This document shows positions 39,244 to 53,549 of a DNA stretch of 64,000 bases, one piece after another. Below the pieces are notes generated by a model that had not been told where the DNA came from, ran no database searches, and saw only the letters and a list, made by a program, of their open reading frames with translations. The stretch comes from the human T2T-CHM13v2.0 reference genome, Homo sapiens. The translations under genes were made by a program, and so were the position numbers. The DNA is taken from the NCBI RefSeq assembly GCF_009914755.1, contig NC_060948.1; one strand, given 5' to 3'. Each line of letters starts with the position of its first letter. The stretch's first letter is position 1.

Positions 39244-42200
39244 GGGAATCAAAAGGAATGTAATCGAATGGATTGGACTGGAATGCAATGGACTCGAATA
39301 GATTGGAAACGGGATGCAAAGGAATGGAATGGAATAGTATGGAATGGAATGGAAAGGAATGGAGTGGAATAGACTAGAGTGGAATGGAATGGACTGGAAA
39401 GCAATGGACTGGAATGGAACTTTCTTGAATGGACTGGAATCAAACGGAATGGAATGCAATGCAATCAAATGGCATGGAATAAAATAGAATGAAAGAGAAT
39501 CAAATGGAATTGAATCGAATGGAATCGAATGGATTGGAAAGGAATAGAATGGAATGGAATGGAATTGACTCAAATGGAATGGACTAGAATGGAATGGATT
39601 CGAATGGAAGGCAAAGGAATGGAATCTATTGGAATGGCCTGTAATGGAATGGAATGGAAGGGATTGGAATGGACTCGAATGGAATGGACTGCTATAGAAA
39701 GGATTCGAATGGAATGAAAAAGAATTGAATGGAATAGAACAGAATGGAATCAAATCGAATGAAATGGAATGGAATAGAAAGGAATGGAATGAAATGGAAT
39801 GGAAAAGATTCGAATGGAATGCAATCGAATGGAATGGAATCGAACGGAATGGAATAAAATGGAAGAAAACTGGCAAGAAATGGAATCGAAATGAATGGAG
39901 TGTTATGGAACGGACTCAAAAGGAATTGAATGTAATAGAATGGAGTGGAGTGGACTCGAATATAATGGACTGGAATGGAATGAAATCACATGGAATGGGA
40001 ACGAATGGAATGGAATGGAAAGGAATGGAATCGAATGGAAAGGAATCGAATGGAAGGGAATGAAATTGAATCAACAGGAATGGAAGGGAATAGAATAGAC
40101 GGTAATGGAATGGACTCGAATAGAATGGACACGAATGCTCAAATTGAATGGACTCGAATGGAATGGAAACGAAAGGAATGTCATCGAATGGAATTGAATC
40201 GATTGGAATGAAATCGCATAGAATGGAGTGGAATCAAATGGAATTGAATCGAAAGGAAAGGAAGCGAATGGACTGAAATGAAATGGAATGGAATTGAATG
40301 GAAAGTAATGCAATGGAATAGAATGGAACGAAATTTCACGGAATGGAATCAAACTGAATGGAATCAAATCAATGGAATCAAATCAAATGGAATGGAAAGG
40401 AATTGAATGGAGTAGATTGGATTGGATGGGATTGGAATGAAATGTACTGGAAAGGACTCGAATTTCATGAAACGGAATGGAATGAATTGGAACGGAATGG
40501 ACTCGAATGGAATGGAATGTCATGGAATGGCATCAAATGGAATGGCATCAAATGGAATGGAATCGAATGCAATGGAATGCTATGGAATGGAATGGAATGC
40601 ATTGGAATGGAATGTCCTCTAATGGAATGGATTCGAGTGGAATGGAATCGAATATAATGGAGTCGAATGAAATGGAATTGAAAGGAATGGGATCGAATAC
40701 AATGGAATATACTGGAATGTAATGTAATGAACTCGAATGTAATTGACTGGAATGGAATGTACATGAATGGAATGTAATCGAATGGAAAGTAATCCAATGG
40801 AATAGAATCTAATGCAATAAAATCGACTCAGATAGAGTAGAATGTAATGGAATGGAGTGCAGTGCAATGGAATGGAATGGAATGGAATGCAATTGAATGG
40901 AATGGAATGGAATGGAATGGAATGGAATGGAATGGAATGGGATGGAATGGTATGGAATGGATAGTAATGGACTGGAGTGAAATGGACTGGAAAGGAATGG
41001 ACTCAAATTGAAAGGGCTCGAAAGGAATGGAGTCAAATGGAATGGTCTGGAATGGAATGAACACGAATGTAATGCAATCCAATAGAATGGAATCGAATGG
41101 CATGGAATATAAAGAAATGGAATCGGAGAGAATGGAAACAAATGGAATGGAATTGAATGGAATGGAATTGAATGGAATGGGAACGAATGGAGTGAAATTG
41201 TATGCAGTAGAAGGGAATAGAATGGAATGCAAGCGAAAGGAAAGGAATGGATTGGAATGGAATGGAATTCATTGGAATGGAAGGGAATGTAGTGTAATGG
41301 ACAGGCCTGGAATAAAGTGGAATGCTACGGTCTCGAATGGAATAAAAATGTATGGAATGGAATGCAATGAAATGGAATCGAATGTCATAGAATGAAATGG
41401 AATGCAACAAAATGGAATCCAAAATCATTGACTGGAAAGGCTGGGTGTCGGAAGGAATTGACTCCAATGGAATGGAATCGAATGGAATGGAAGTGAATAG
41501 AATCGAACTAAATCGAATGGAATGGAATTGATAGGAACGGAATGGAAAGGAATGCAATGATTTGGCATGGAATGGAATCGAATGGCATCGAATGGAATGG
41601 AATGGAATGCAATGGAATGGAATGTATTAGAATGTAATGAACTTTAATGGAATGTACTCGAATGGATTCGACTGGAATGGAATGTTCTGGAAGTGAATGG
41701 ACTCCAATGGAATGGATTCCAAAGGAATGGAATCGTACGGAATGGAATCTAATGGAATGGAATTAAATGGAAATGAATCAAATTGAATAGCACGGAATTG
41801 AATTGAATGGAATGGAATGCAATGGAATCTAATGAAACGGAAAGGAAAGGAATGGAATGGAATGGAATGGGCTGGAATGGAAAGGAATCGAAACGAATGG
41901 AATGGAATCGAACTGAAGAGACTGGAATGGAATGCACTGGAATGGAAGGGAGTGTAATGGAAGGTTCTCGAAAAAAATGGAATCGAATGGAATGGAATTG
42001 AATGGAACGGAATAGAGTCGAATGGAATTGAATGGAATGGAATGGACTAGAGTGAAATGGAATCGAACCACAAGGAATGGACAGGAATAGAATGGTCTCG
42101 AATTGAATGGAATCGTATGGAATGGCATCAAACGGAATGGAATGGACAGCCACGGAATGGAATGCACTCGAATGCAATGGAGTCGAAACTAATGGACTGG

Positions 42201-42817
42201 AATAGAATGGACTCGACTGGTACAGACTCCAATGGAATGGAATCGAATGGAAGGGAATCGAACGGAATGGACTCGAAGGGAAAAGACTGCAATGGAAAGG
42301 TCTCGAATGGAATGGAAATTAATGGAATGGAATGGAATCGAATGAAATGGAGTCAAAAGGAATGGAATCGAATGGCAAGAAATCGAATGTAATGGAATCG
42401 CAAGGAATTGATGTGAACGGAACGGAATGGAATGGAATCCAAAGGAATGGAATAGAATGGAATGGAATCGAATGGAAAGGACTCGAATGGAAATCACTCG
42501 AATAGAATGCAATTTAATAAAATAGGATCAAATGTAATGGAATGGAATGGAAAGGAATCGAAACGAAAGGAATGGAGACAGATGGAATGGAATGGAACAG
42601 AGAGCAATGGTATAGAATGGAATGGAATCATCTGGAATGGAATTGAATGGAATGGAATAATATGAAATGGAATGGAATGGAATGGAATGGAATGGAATGC
42701 CCTTGAATTAAATGGACTGGAATGGAATGGACTCGAACAGAGTGGAATGGAAAGTGTTGAGATAGAATGGAATGGACTCCTTTGGAATGGTGTAGTATGC
42801 AATGCAATCGACTGGCA
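39244..42817 (+). repeat. DYZ1 unit 12 (3574 bp)
   Basis: Anchors 39249 and 42823; extra HaeIII site at 39636. Confidence 0.95.
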
Positions 42818-45800
42818 GGGAATCAAAAGGAATGTAATGGAATGGACTGGACTGGAATGCAATGGACTCGAATAGATTGGAAACGGAATGCAAAGAAATG
42901 GAATGGAATAGTATGGAATGGAATGGAAAGGAATGGAGTGGAATAGACTAGAGTGGAATGGAATGGACTGGAAAGCAATGGACTGGAATGGAACTTTCTT
43001 GAATGGACTGGAATCAAACGGAATGGAATGCAATGCAATCAAATGGCATGGAATAAAATAGAATGAAAGAGAATCAAATGGAATTGAATCGAATGGAATC
43101 GAATGGATTGGAAAGGAATAGAATGGAATGGAATGGAATGGACTCAAATGGAATGGACTAGAATGGAATGGATTCGAATGGAAGGCAAAGGAATGGAATC
43201 TATTGGAATGGACTGTAATGGAATGGAATGGAAGGGATTGGAATGGACTCGAATGGAATGGACTGCAATAGAAAGGATTCGAATGGAATGAAAAAGAATT
43301 GAATGGAATAGAACAGAATGGAATCAAATCGAATGAAATGGAATGGAATAGAAAGGAATGGAATGAAATGGAATGGAAAGGATTCGAATGGAATGCAATC
43401 GAATGGAATGGAATCGAACGGAATGGAATAAAATGGAAGAAAACTGGCAAGAAATGGAATCGAAATGAATGGAGTGTTATGGAACGGACTCAAAAGGAAT
43501 TGAATGTAATAGAATGGAGTGGAGTGGACTCGAATATAATGGACTGGAATGGAATGAAATCACATGGAATGGGAACGAATGGAATGGAATGGAAAGGAAT
43601 GGAATCGAATGGAAAGGAATCGAATGGAAGGGAATGAAATTGAATCAACAGGAATGGAAGGGAATAGAATAGACGGTAATGGAATGGACTCGAATAGAAT
43701 GGACACGAATGCTCAAATTGAATGGACTCGAATGGAATGGAAACGAAAGGAATGTCATCGAATGGAATTGAATCGATTGGAATGAAATCGCATAGAATGG
43801 AGTGGAATCAAATGGAATTGAATCGAAAGGAAAGGAAGCGAATGGACTGAAATGAAATGGAATGGAATTGAATGGAAAGTAATGCAATGGAATAGAATGG
43901 AACGAAATTTCACGGAATGGAATCAAACTGAATGGAATCAAATCAATGGAATCTAATCAAATGGAATGGAAAGGAATTGAATGGAGTAGATTGGATTGGA
44001 TGGGATTGGAATGAAATCTACTGGAAAGGACTCGAATTTCATGAAACGGAATGGAATGAATTGGAACGGAATGGACTCGAATGGAATGGAATGTCATGGA
44101 ATGGCATCAAATGGAATGGCATCAAATGGAATGGAATCGAATGCAATGGAATGTTATGGAATGGAATGGAATGCATTGGAATGGAATGTCCTCTAATGGA
44201 ATGGATTCGAGTGGAATGGAATCGAATATAATGGAGTCGAATGAAATGGAATTGAAAGGAATGGGATCGAATAGAATGGAATATACTGGAATGTAATGTA
44301 ATGAACTCGAATGTAATTGACTGGAATGGAATGTACATGAATGGAAGGTAATCGAATGGAAAGTAATCCAATGGAATAGAATCTAATGCAATAAAACCGA
44401 CTCAGATAGAGTAGAATGTAATGGAATGGAGTGCAGTGCAATGGAATGGAATGGAATTGAATGCAAAGGAATGGAATGGAATGGAATGGAATGGAATGGA
44501 ATGGAATGGAATGGAATGGAATGGGATGGAATGGTATGGAATGGATAGAAATGGACTGGAGTGAAATGGACTGGAAAGGAATGGACTCAAATTGAAAGGG
44601 CTCGAAAGGAATGGAGTCAAATGGAATGGTCTGGAATGGAATGAACACGAATGTAATGCAATCCAATAGAATGGAATCGAATGGCATGGAATATAAAGAA
44701 ATGGATACGAAGAGAATGGAAACAAATGGAATGGAATTGAATGGAATGGAATTGAATGGAATGGGAACGAATGGAGTGAAATTGTATGCAGTAGAAGGGA
44801 ATAGAATGGAATGCAAGCGAAAGGAAAGGAATGGATTGGAATGGAATGGAATTCATTGGAATGGAAGGGAATGTAGTGTAATGGACAGGCCTGGAATAAA
44901 GTGGAATGCTACGGTCTCGAATGGAATAAAAATGTATGGAATGGAATGCAATGAAACGGAATCGAATGTCATAGAATGTAATGGAATGCAACAAAATGGA
45001 ATCCAAAATCATTGACTGGAAAGGCTGGGTGTCGAAAGGAATTGACTCCAATGGAATGGAATCGAATGGAATGGAAGTGAATAGAATCGAACTAAATCGA
45101 ATGGAATGGAATTGATAGGAACGGAATGGAAAGGAATGCAATGATTTGGCATGGAATGGAATCGAATGGCATCGAATGGAATGGAATGGAATGCAATGGA
45201 ATGGAATGTATTAGAATGTAATGAACTTTAATGGAATGTACTCGAATGGATTCGACTGGAATGGAATGTTCTGGAAGTGAATGGACTCCAATGGAATGGA
45301 TTCAAAAGGAATGGAATCGTACGGAATGGAATCTAATGGAATGGAATTAAATGGAAATGAATCAAATTGAATAGCACGGAATTGAATTGAATGGAATGGA
45401 ATGCAATGGAATCTAATGAAACGGAAAGGAAAGGAATGGAATGGAATGGAATGGGCTGGAATGGAAAGGAATCGAAACGAATGGAATGGAATCGAACTGA
45501 AGAGACTGGAATGGAATGCACTGGAATGGAAGGGAGTGTAATGGAAGGTTCTCGAAAAAAATGGAATCGAATGGAATGGAATTGAATGGAACGGAATAGA
45601 GTCGAATGGAATTGAATGGAATGGAATGGACTAGAGTGAAATGGAATCGAACCACAAGGAATGGAGAGGAATAGAATGGTCTCGAATTGAATGGAATCAT
45701 ATGGAATGGCATCAAACGGAATGGAATGGACAGCCACGGAATGGAATGCACTCGAATGCAATGGAGTCGAAACTAATGGACTGGAATAGAATGGACTCGA

Positions 45801-46396
45801 CTGGTACGGACTCCAATGGAATGGAATCGAATGGAAGGGAATCGAACGGAATGGACTCGAAGGGAAAAGACTGCAATGGAAAGGTCTCGAATGGAATGGA
45901 AATTAATGGAATGGAATGGAATCGAATGAAATGGAGTCAAAAGGAATGGAATCGAATGGCAAGAAATCGAATGTAATGGAATCGCAAGGAATTGATGTGA
46001 ACGGAACGGAATGGAATGGAATCCAAAGGAATGGAATAGAATGGAATGGAATCGAATGGAAAGGACTCGAATGGAAATCACTCGAATAGAATGCAATTTA
46101 ATAAAATAGGATCAAATATAATGGAATGGAATGGAAAGGAATCGAAACGAAAGGAATGGAGACAGATGGAATGGAATAGAACAGAGAGCAATGGTATAGA
46201 ATGGAATGGAATCATCTGGAATGGAATTGAATGGAATGGAATAATATGAAATGGAATGGAATGGAATGGAATGGAATGCCCTTGAATTAAATGGACTGGA
46301 ATGGAATGGACTCGAACAGAGTGGAATGGAAAGTGTTGAGATAGAATGGAATGGACTCCTTTGGAATGGTGTAGTATGCAATGCAATCGACTGGCA
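42818..46396 (+). repeat. DYZ1 unit 13 (3579 bp; sister of unit 4 after its first ~0.7-1.1 kb)
   Basis: Anchors 42823 and 46402. Confidence 0.95.
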
Positions 46397-49300
46397 GGGA
46401 ATCAAAAGGAATGTAATCGAATGGATTGGACTGGAATGCAATGGACTCGAATAGATTGCAAACAGAATGCAAAGGAATGGAATGGAATAGTATGGAATGG
46501 AATGGAAAGGAATGGAGTGGAATAGACTAGAGTGGAATGGAATGGACTGGAAAGCAATGGACTGGAATGGAACTTTCTTGAATGGACTGGAATCAAACGG
46601 AATGGAATGCAATGCAATCAAATGGCATGGAATAAGATAGAATGAAAGAGAATCAAATGGAATTGAATCGAATGGAATCGAATGGATTGGAAAGGAATAG
46701 AATGGAATGGAATGGAATTGACTCAAATGGAATGGACTAGAATGGAATGGATTCGAATGGAAGGCAAAGGAATGGAATCTATTGGAATGGACTGTAATGG
46801 AATGGAATGGAAGGGATTGGAATGGACTCGAATGGAATGGACTGCAATAGAAAGGATTTGAATGGAATGAAAAAGAATTGAATGGAATAGAACAGAATGG
46901 AATCAAATCGAATGAAATGGAATGGAATAGAAAGGAATGGAATGAAATGGAATGGAAAGGATTCGAATGGAATGCAATCGAATGGAATGGAATCGAACGG
47001 AATGGAATAAAATGGAAGAAAACTGGCAAGAAATGGAATCGAAATGAATGGAGTGTTATGGAACGGACTCAAAAGGAATTGAATGTAATAGAATGGAGTG
47101 GAGTGGACTCGAATATAATGGACTGGAATGGAATGAAATCACATGGAATGGGAACGAATGGAATGGAATGGAAAGGAATGGAATCGAATGGAAAGGAATC
47201 GAATGGAAGGGAATGAAATTGAATCAACAGGAATGGAAGGGAATAGAATAGACGGTAATGGAATGGACTCGAATAGAATGGACACGAATGCTCAAATTGA
47301 ATGGACTCGAATGGAATGGAAACGAAAGGAATGTCATCGAATGGAATTGAATCGATTGGAATGAAATCGCATAGAATGGAGTGGAATCAAATGGAATTGA
47401 ATCGAAAGGAAAGGAAGCGAATGGACTGAAATGAAATGGAATGGAATTGAATGGAAAGTAATGCCATGGAATAGAATGGAACGAAATTTCACGGAATGGA
47501 ATCAAACTGAATGGAATCAAATCAATGGAATCTAATCAAATGGAATGGAAAGGAATTGAATGGAGTAGATTGGATTGGATGGGATTGGAATGAAATGTAC
47601 TGGAAAGGACTCGAATTTCATGAAACGGAATGGAATGAATTGGAACGGAATGGACTCGAATGGAATGGAATGTCATGGAATGGCATCAAATGGAATGGCA
47701 TCAAATGGAATGGAATCGAATGCAATGGAATGCTATGGAATGGAATGGAATGCATTGGAATGGAATGTCCTCTAATGGAATGGATTCGAGTGGAATGGAA
47801 TCGAATATAATGGAGTCGAATGAAATGGAATTGAAAGGAATGGGATCGAATAGAATGGAATATACTGGAATGTAATGTAATGAACTCGAATGTAATTGAC
47901 TGGAATGGAATGTACATGAATGGAATGTAATCGAATGGAAAGTAATCCAATGGAATAGAATCTAATGCAATAAAATCGACTCAGATAGAGTAGAATGTAA
48001 TGGAATGGAGTGCAGTGCAATGGAATGGAATGGAATGGAATGCAATGGAATGGAATGGAATGGAATGGAATGGAATGGAATGGAATGGAATGGAATGGGA
48101 TGGAATGGTATGGAATGGTATGGAATGGATAGTAATGGACTGGAGTGAAATGGACTGGAAAGGAATGGACTCAAATTGAAAGGGCTCGAAAGGAATGGAG
48201 TCAAATGGAATGGTCTGGAATGGAATGAACACGAATGTAATGCAATCCAATACAATGGAATCGAATGGCATGGAATATAAAGAAATGGATTCGAAGAGAA
48301 TGGAAACAAATGGAATGGAATTGAATGGAATGGAATTGAATGGAATGGGAACGAATGGAGTGAAATTGTATGCAGTAGAAGGGAATAGAATGGAATGCAA
48401 GCGAAAGGAAAGGAATGGATTGGAATGGAATGGAATTCATTGGAATGGAAGGGAATGTAGTGTAATGGACAGGCCTGGAATAAAGTGGAATGCTACGGTC
48501 TCGAATGGAATAAAAATGTATGGAATGGAATACAAAGAAACGGAATCGAATGTCATAGAATGTAATGGAATGCAACAAAATGGAATCCAAAATCATTGAC
48601 TGGAAAGGCTGGGTGTCGAAAGGAATTGACTCCAATGGAATGGAATCGAATGGAATGGAAGTGAATAGAATCGAACTAAATCGAATGGAATGGAATTGAT
48701 AGGAACGGAATGGAAAGGAATGCAATGATTTGGCATGGAATGGAATCGAATGGCATCGAATGGAATGGAATGGAATGCAATGGAATGGAATGTATTAGAA
48801 TGTAATGAACTTTAATGGAATGTACTCGAATGGATTCGACTGGAATGGAATGTTCTGGAAGTGAATGGGCTCCTATGGAATGGATTCAAAAGGAATGGAA
48901 TCGTACGGAATGGAATCTAATGGAATGGAATTAAATGGAAATGAATCAAATTGAATAGCACGGAATTGAATTGAATGGAATGGAATGCAATGGAATCTAA
49001 TGAAACGGAAAGGAAAGGAATGGAATGGAATGGAATGGGCTGGAATGGAAAGGAATCGAAACGAATGGAATGGAATCGAACTGAAGAGACTGGAATGGAA
49101 TGCACTGGAATGGAAGGGAGTGTAATGGAAGGTTCTCGAAAAAAATGGAATCGAATGGAATGGAATTGAATGGAACGGAATAGAGTCGAATGGAATTGAA
49201 TGGAATGGAATGGACTAGAGTGAAATGGAATCAAACCACAAGGAATGGAGAGGAATAGAATGGTCTCGAATTGAATGGAATCGTATGGAATGGCATCAAA

Positions 49301-49980
49301 CGGAATGGAATGGACAGCCACGGAATGGAATGCACTCGAATGCAATGGAGTCGAAACTAATGGACTGGAATAGAATGGACTCGACTGGTACGGACTCCAA
49401 TGGAATGGAATCGAATGGAAGGGAATCGAACGGAATGGACTCGAAGGGAAAAGACTGCAATGGAAAGGTCTGGAATGGAATGGAAATTAATGGAATGGAA
49501 TGGAATCGAATGAAATGGAGTCAAAAGGAATGGAATCGAATGGCAAGAAATCGAATGTAATGGAATCGCAAGGAATTGATGTGAACGGAACGGAATGGAA
49601 TGGAATCCAAAGGAATGGAATAGAATGGAATGGAATCGAATGGAAAGGACTCGAATGGAAATCACTCGAATAGAATGCAATTTAATAAAATAGGATCAAA
49701 TGGAATGGAATGGAATGGAAAGGAATCGAAACGAAAGGAATGGAGACAGATGGAATGGAATGGAACAGAGAGCAATGCTATAGAATGGAATGGAATCATC
49801 TGGAATGGAATTGAATGGAATGGAATAATATGAAATGGAATGGAATGGAATGGAATGGAATGCCCTTGAATTAAATGGACTGGAATGGAATGGACTCCAA
49901 CAGAGTGGAATGGAAAGTGTTGAGATAGAATGGAATGGACTCCTTTGGAATGGTGTAGTATGCAATGCAATCGACTGGCA
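46397..49980 (+). repeat. DYZ1 unit 14 (3584 bp; sister of unit 5)
   Basis: Anchors 46402 and 49986. Confidence 0.95.
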
Positions 49981-52900
49981 GGGAATCAAAAGGAATGTAA
50001 TCGAATGGATTGGACTGGAATGCAATGGACTCGAATAGATTGCAAACAGAATGCAAAGGAATGGAATGGAATAGTATGGAATGGAATGGAAAGGAATGGA
50101 GTGGAATAGACTAGAGTGGAATGGAATGGACTGGAAAGCAATGGACTGGAATGGAACTTTCTTGAATGGACTGGAATCAAACGGAATGGAATGCAATGCA
50201 ATCAAATGGCATGGAATAAAATAGAATGAAAGAGAATCAAATGGAATTGAATCGAATGGAATCGAATGGATTGGAAAGGAATAGAATGGAATGGAATGGA
50301 ATTGACTCAAATGGAATGGACTAGAATGGAATGGATTCGAATGGAAGGCAAAGGAATGGAATCTATTGGAATGGACTGTAATGGAATGGAATGGAAGGGA
50401 TTGGAATGGACTCGAATGGAATGGACTGCAATAGAAAGGATTCGAATGGAATGAAAAAGAATTGAATGGAATAGAACAGAATGGAATCTAATCGAATGAA
50501 ATGGAATGGAATAGAAAGGAATGGAATGAAATGGAATGGAAAGGATTCGAATGGAATGCAATCGAATGGAATGGAATCGAACGGAATGGAATAAAATGGA
50601 AGAAAACTGGCAAGAAATGGAATCGAAATGAATGGAGTGTTATGGAACGGACTCAAAAGGAATTGAATGTAATAGAATGGAGTGGAGTGGACTCGAATAT
50701 AATGGACTGGAATGGAATGAAATCACATGGAATGGGAACGAATGGAATGGAATGGAAAGGAATGGAATCGAATGGAAAGGAATCGAATGGAAGGGAATGA
50801 AATTGAATCAACAGGAATGGAAGGGAATAGAATAGACGGTAATGGAATGGACTCGAATAGAATGGACACGAATGCTCAAATTGAATGGACTCGAATGGAA
50901 TGGAAACGAAAGGAATGTCATCGAATGGAATTGAATCGATTGGAATGAAATCGCATAGAATGGAGTGGAATCAAATGGAATTGAATCGAAAGGAAAGGAA
51001 GCGAATGGACTGAAATGAAATGGAATGGAATTGAATGGAAAGTAATGCAATGGAATAGAATGGAACGAAATTTCACGGAATGGAATCAAACTGAATGGAA
51101 TCAAATCAATGGAATCAAATCAAATGGAATGGAAAGGAATTGAATGGAGTAGATTGGATTGGATGGGATTGGAATGAAATGTACTGGAAAGGACTCGAAT
51201 TTCATGAAACGGAATGGAATGAATTGGAACGGAATGGACTCGAATGGAATGGAATGTCATGGAATGGCATCAAATGGAATGGCATCAAATGGAATGGAAT
51301 CGAATGCAATGGAATGCTATGGAATGGAATGGAATGCATTGGAATGGAATGTCCTCTAATGGAATGGATTCGAGTGGAATGGAATCGAATATAATGGAGT
51401 CGAATGAAATGGAATTGAAAGGAATGGGATCGAATACAATGGAATATACTGGAATGTAATGTAATGAACTCGAATGTAATTGACTGGAATGGAATGTACA
51501 TGAATGGAATGTAATCGAATGGAAAGTAATCCAATGGAATAGAATCTAATGCAATAAAATCGACTCAGATAGAGTAGAATGTAATGGAATGGAGTGCAGT
51601 GCAATGGAATGGAATGGAATGGAATGCAATTGAATGGAATGGAATGGAATGGAATGGAATGGAATGGAATGGGATGGAATGGTATGGAATGGATAGTAAT
51701 GGACTGGAGTGAAATGGACTGGAAAGGAATGGACTCAAATTGAAAGGGCTCGAAAGGAATGGAGTCAAATGGAATGGTCTGGAATGGAATGAACACGAAT
51801 GTAATGCAATCCAATAGAATGGAATCGAATGGCATGGAATATAAAGAAATGGATTCGAAGAGAATGGAAACAAATGGAATGGAATTGAATGGAATGGAAT
51901 TGAATGGAATGGGAACGAATGGAGTGAAATTGTATGCAGTAGAAGGGAATAGAATGGAATGCAAGCGAAAGGAAAGGAATGGATTGGAATGGAATGGAAT
52001 TCATTGGAATGGAAGGGAATGTAGTGTAATGGACAGGCCTGGAATAAAGTGGAATGCTACGGTCTCGAATGGAATAAAAATGTATGGAATGGAATACAAA
52101 GAAACGGAATCGAATGTCATAGAATGTAATGGAATGCAACAAAATGGAATCCAAAATCATTGACTGGAAAGGCTGGGTGTCGAAAGGAATTGACTCCAAT
52201 GGAATGGAATCGAATGGAATGGAAGTGAATAGAATCGAACTAAATCGAATGGAATGGAATTGATAGGAACGGAATGGAAAGGAATGCAATGATTTGGCAT
52301 GGAATGGAATCGAATGGCATCGAATGGAATGGAATGGAATGCAATGGAATGGAATGTATTAGAATGTAATGAACTTTAATGGAATGTACTCGAATGGATT
52401 CGACTGGAATGGAATGTTCTGGAAGTGAATGGACTCCAATGGAATGGATTCAAAAGGAATGGAATCGTACGGAATGGAATCTAATGGAATGGAATTAAAT
52501 GGAAATGAATCAAATTGAATAGCACGGAATTGAATTGAATGGAATGGAATGCAATGGAATCTAATGAAACGGAAAGGAAAGGAATGGAATGGAATGGAAT
52601 GGGCTGGAATGGAAAGGAATCGAAACGAATGGAATGGAATCGAACTGAAGAGACTGGAATGGAATGCACTGGAATGGAAGGGAGTGTAATGGAAGGTTCT
52701 CGAAAAAAATGGAATCGAATGGAATGGAATTGAATGGAACGGAATAGAGTCGAATGGAATTGAATGGAATGGAATGGACTAGAGTGAAATGGAATCAAAC
52801 CACAAGGAATGGAGAGGAATAGAATGGTCTCGAATTGAATGGAATCGTATGGAATGGCATCAAACGGAATGGAATGGACAGCCACGGAATGGAATGCACT

Positions 52901-53549
52901 CGAATGCAATGGAGTCGAAACTAATGGACTGGAATAGAATGGACTCGACTGGTACGGACTCCAATGGAATGGAATCGAATGGAAGGGAATCGAACGGAAT
53001 GGACTCGAAGGGAAAAGACTGCAATGGAAAGGTCTCGAATGGAATGGAAATTAATGGAATGGAATGGAATCGAATGAAATGGAGTCAAAAGGAATGGAAT
53101 CGAATGGCAACAAATCGAATGTAATGGAATCGCAAGGAATTGATGTGAACGGAACGGAATGGAATGGAATCCAAAGGAATGGAATAGAATGGAATGGAAT
53201 CGAATGGAAAGGACTCGAATGGAAATCACTCGAATAGAATGCAATTTAATAAAATAGGATCAAATGTAATGGAATGGAATGGAAAGGAATCGAAACGAAA
53301 GGAATGGAGACAGATGGAATGGAATAGAACAGAGAGCAATGGTATGGAATGGAATGGAATCATCTGGAATGGAATTGAATGGAATGGAATAATATGAAAT
53401 GGAATGGAATGGAATGGAATGGAATGGAATGCCCTTGAATTAAATGGACTGGAATGGAATGGACTCGAACAGAGTGGAATGGAAAGTGTTGAGATAGAAT
53501 GGAATGGACTCCTTTGGAATGGTGTAGTATGCAATGCAATCGACTGGCA
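49981..53549 (+). repeat. DYZ1 unit 15 (3569 bp; sister of unit 6)
   Basis: Anchors 49986 and 53555. Confidence 0.95.
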
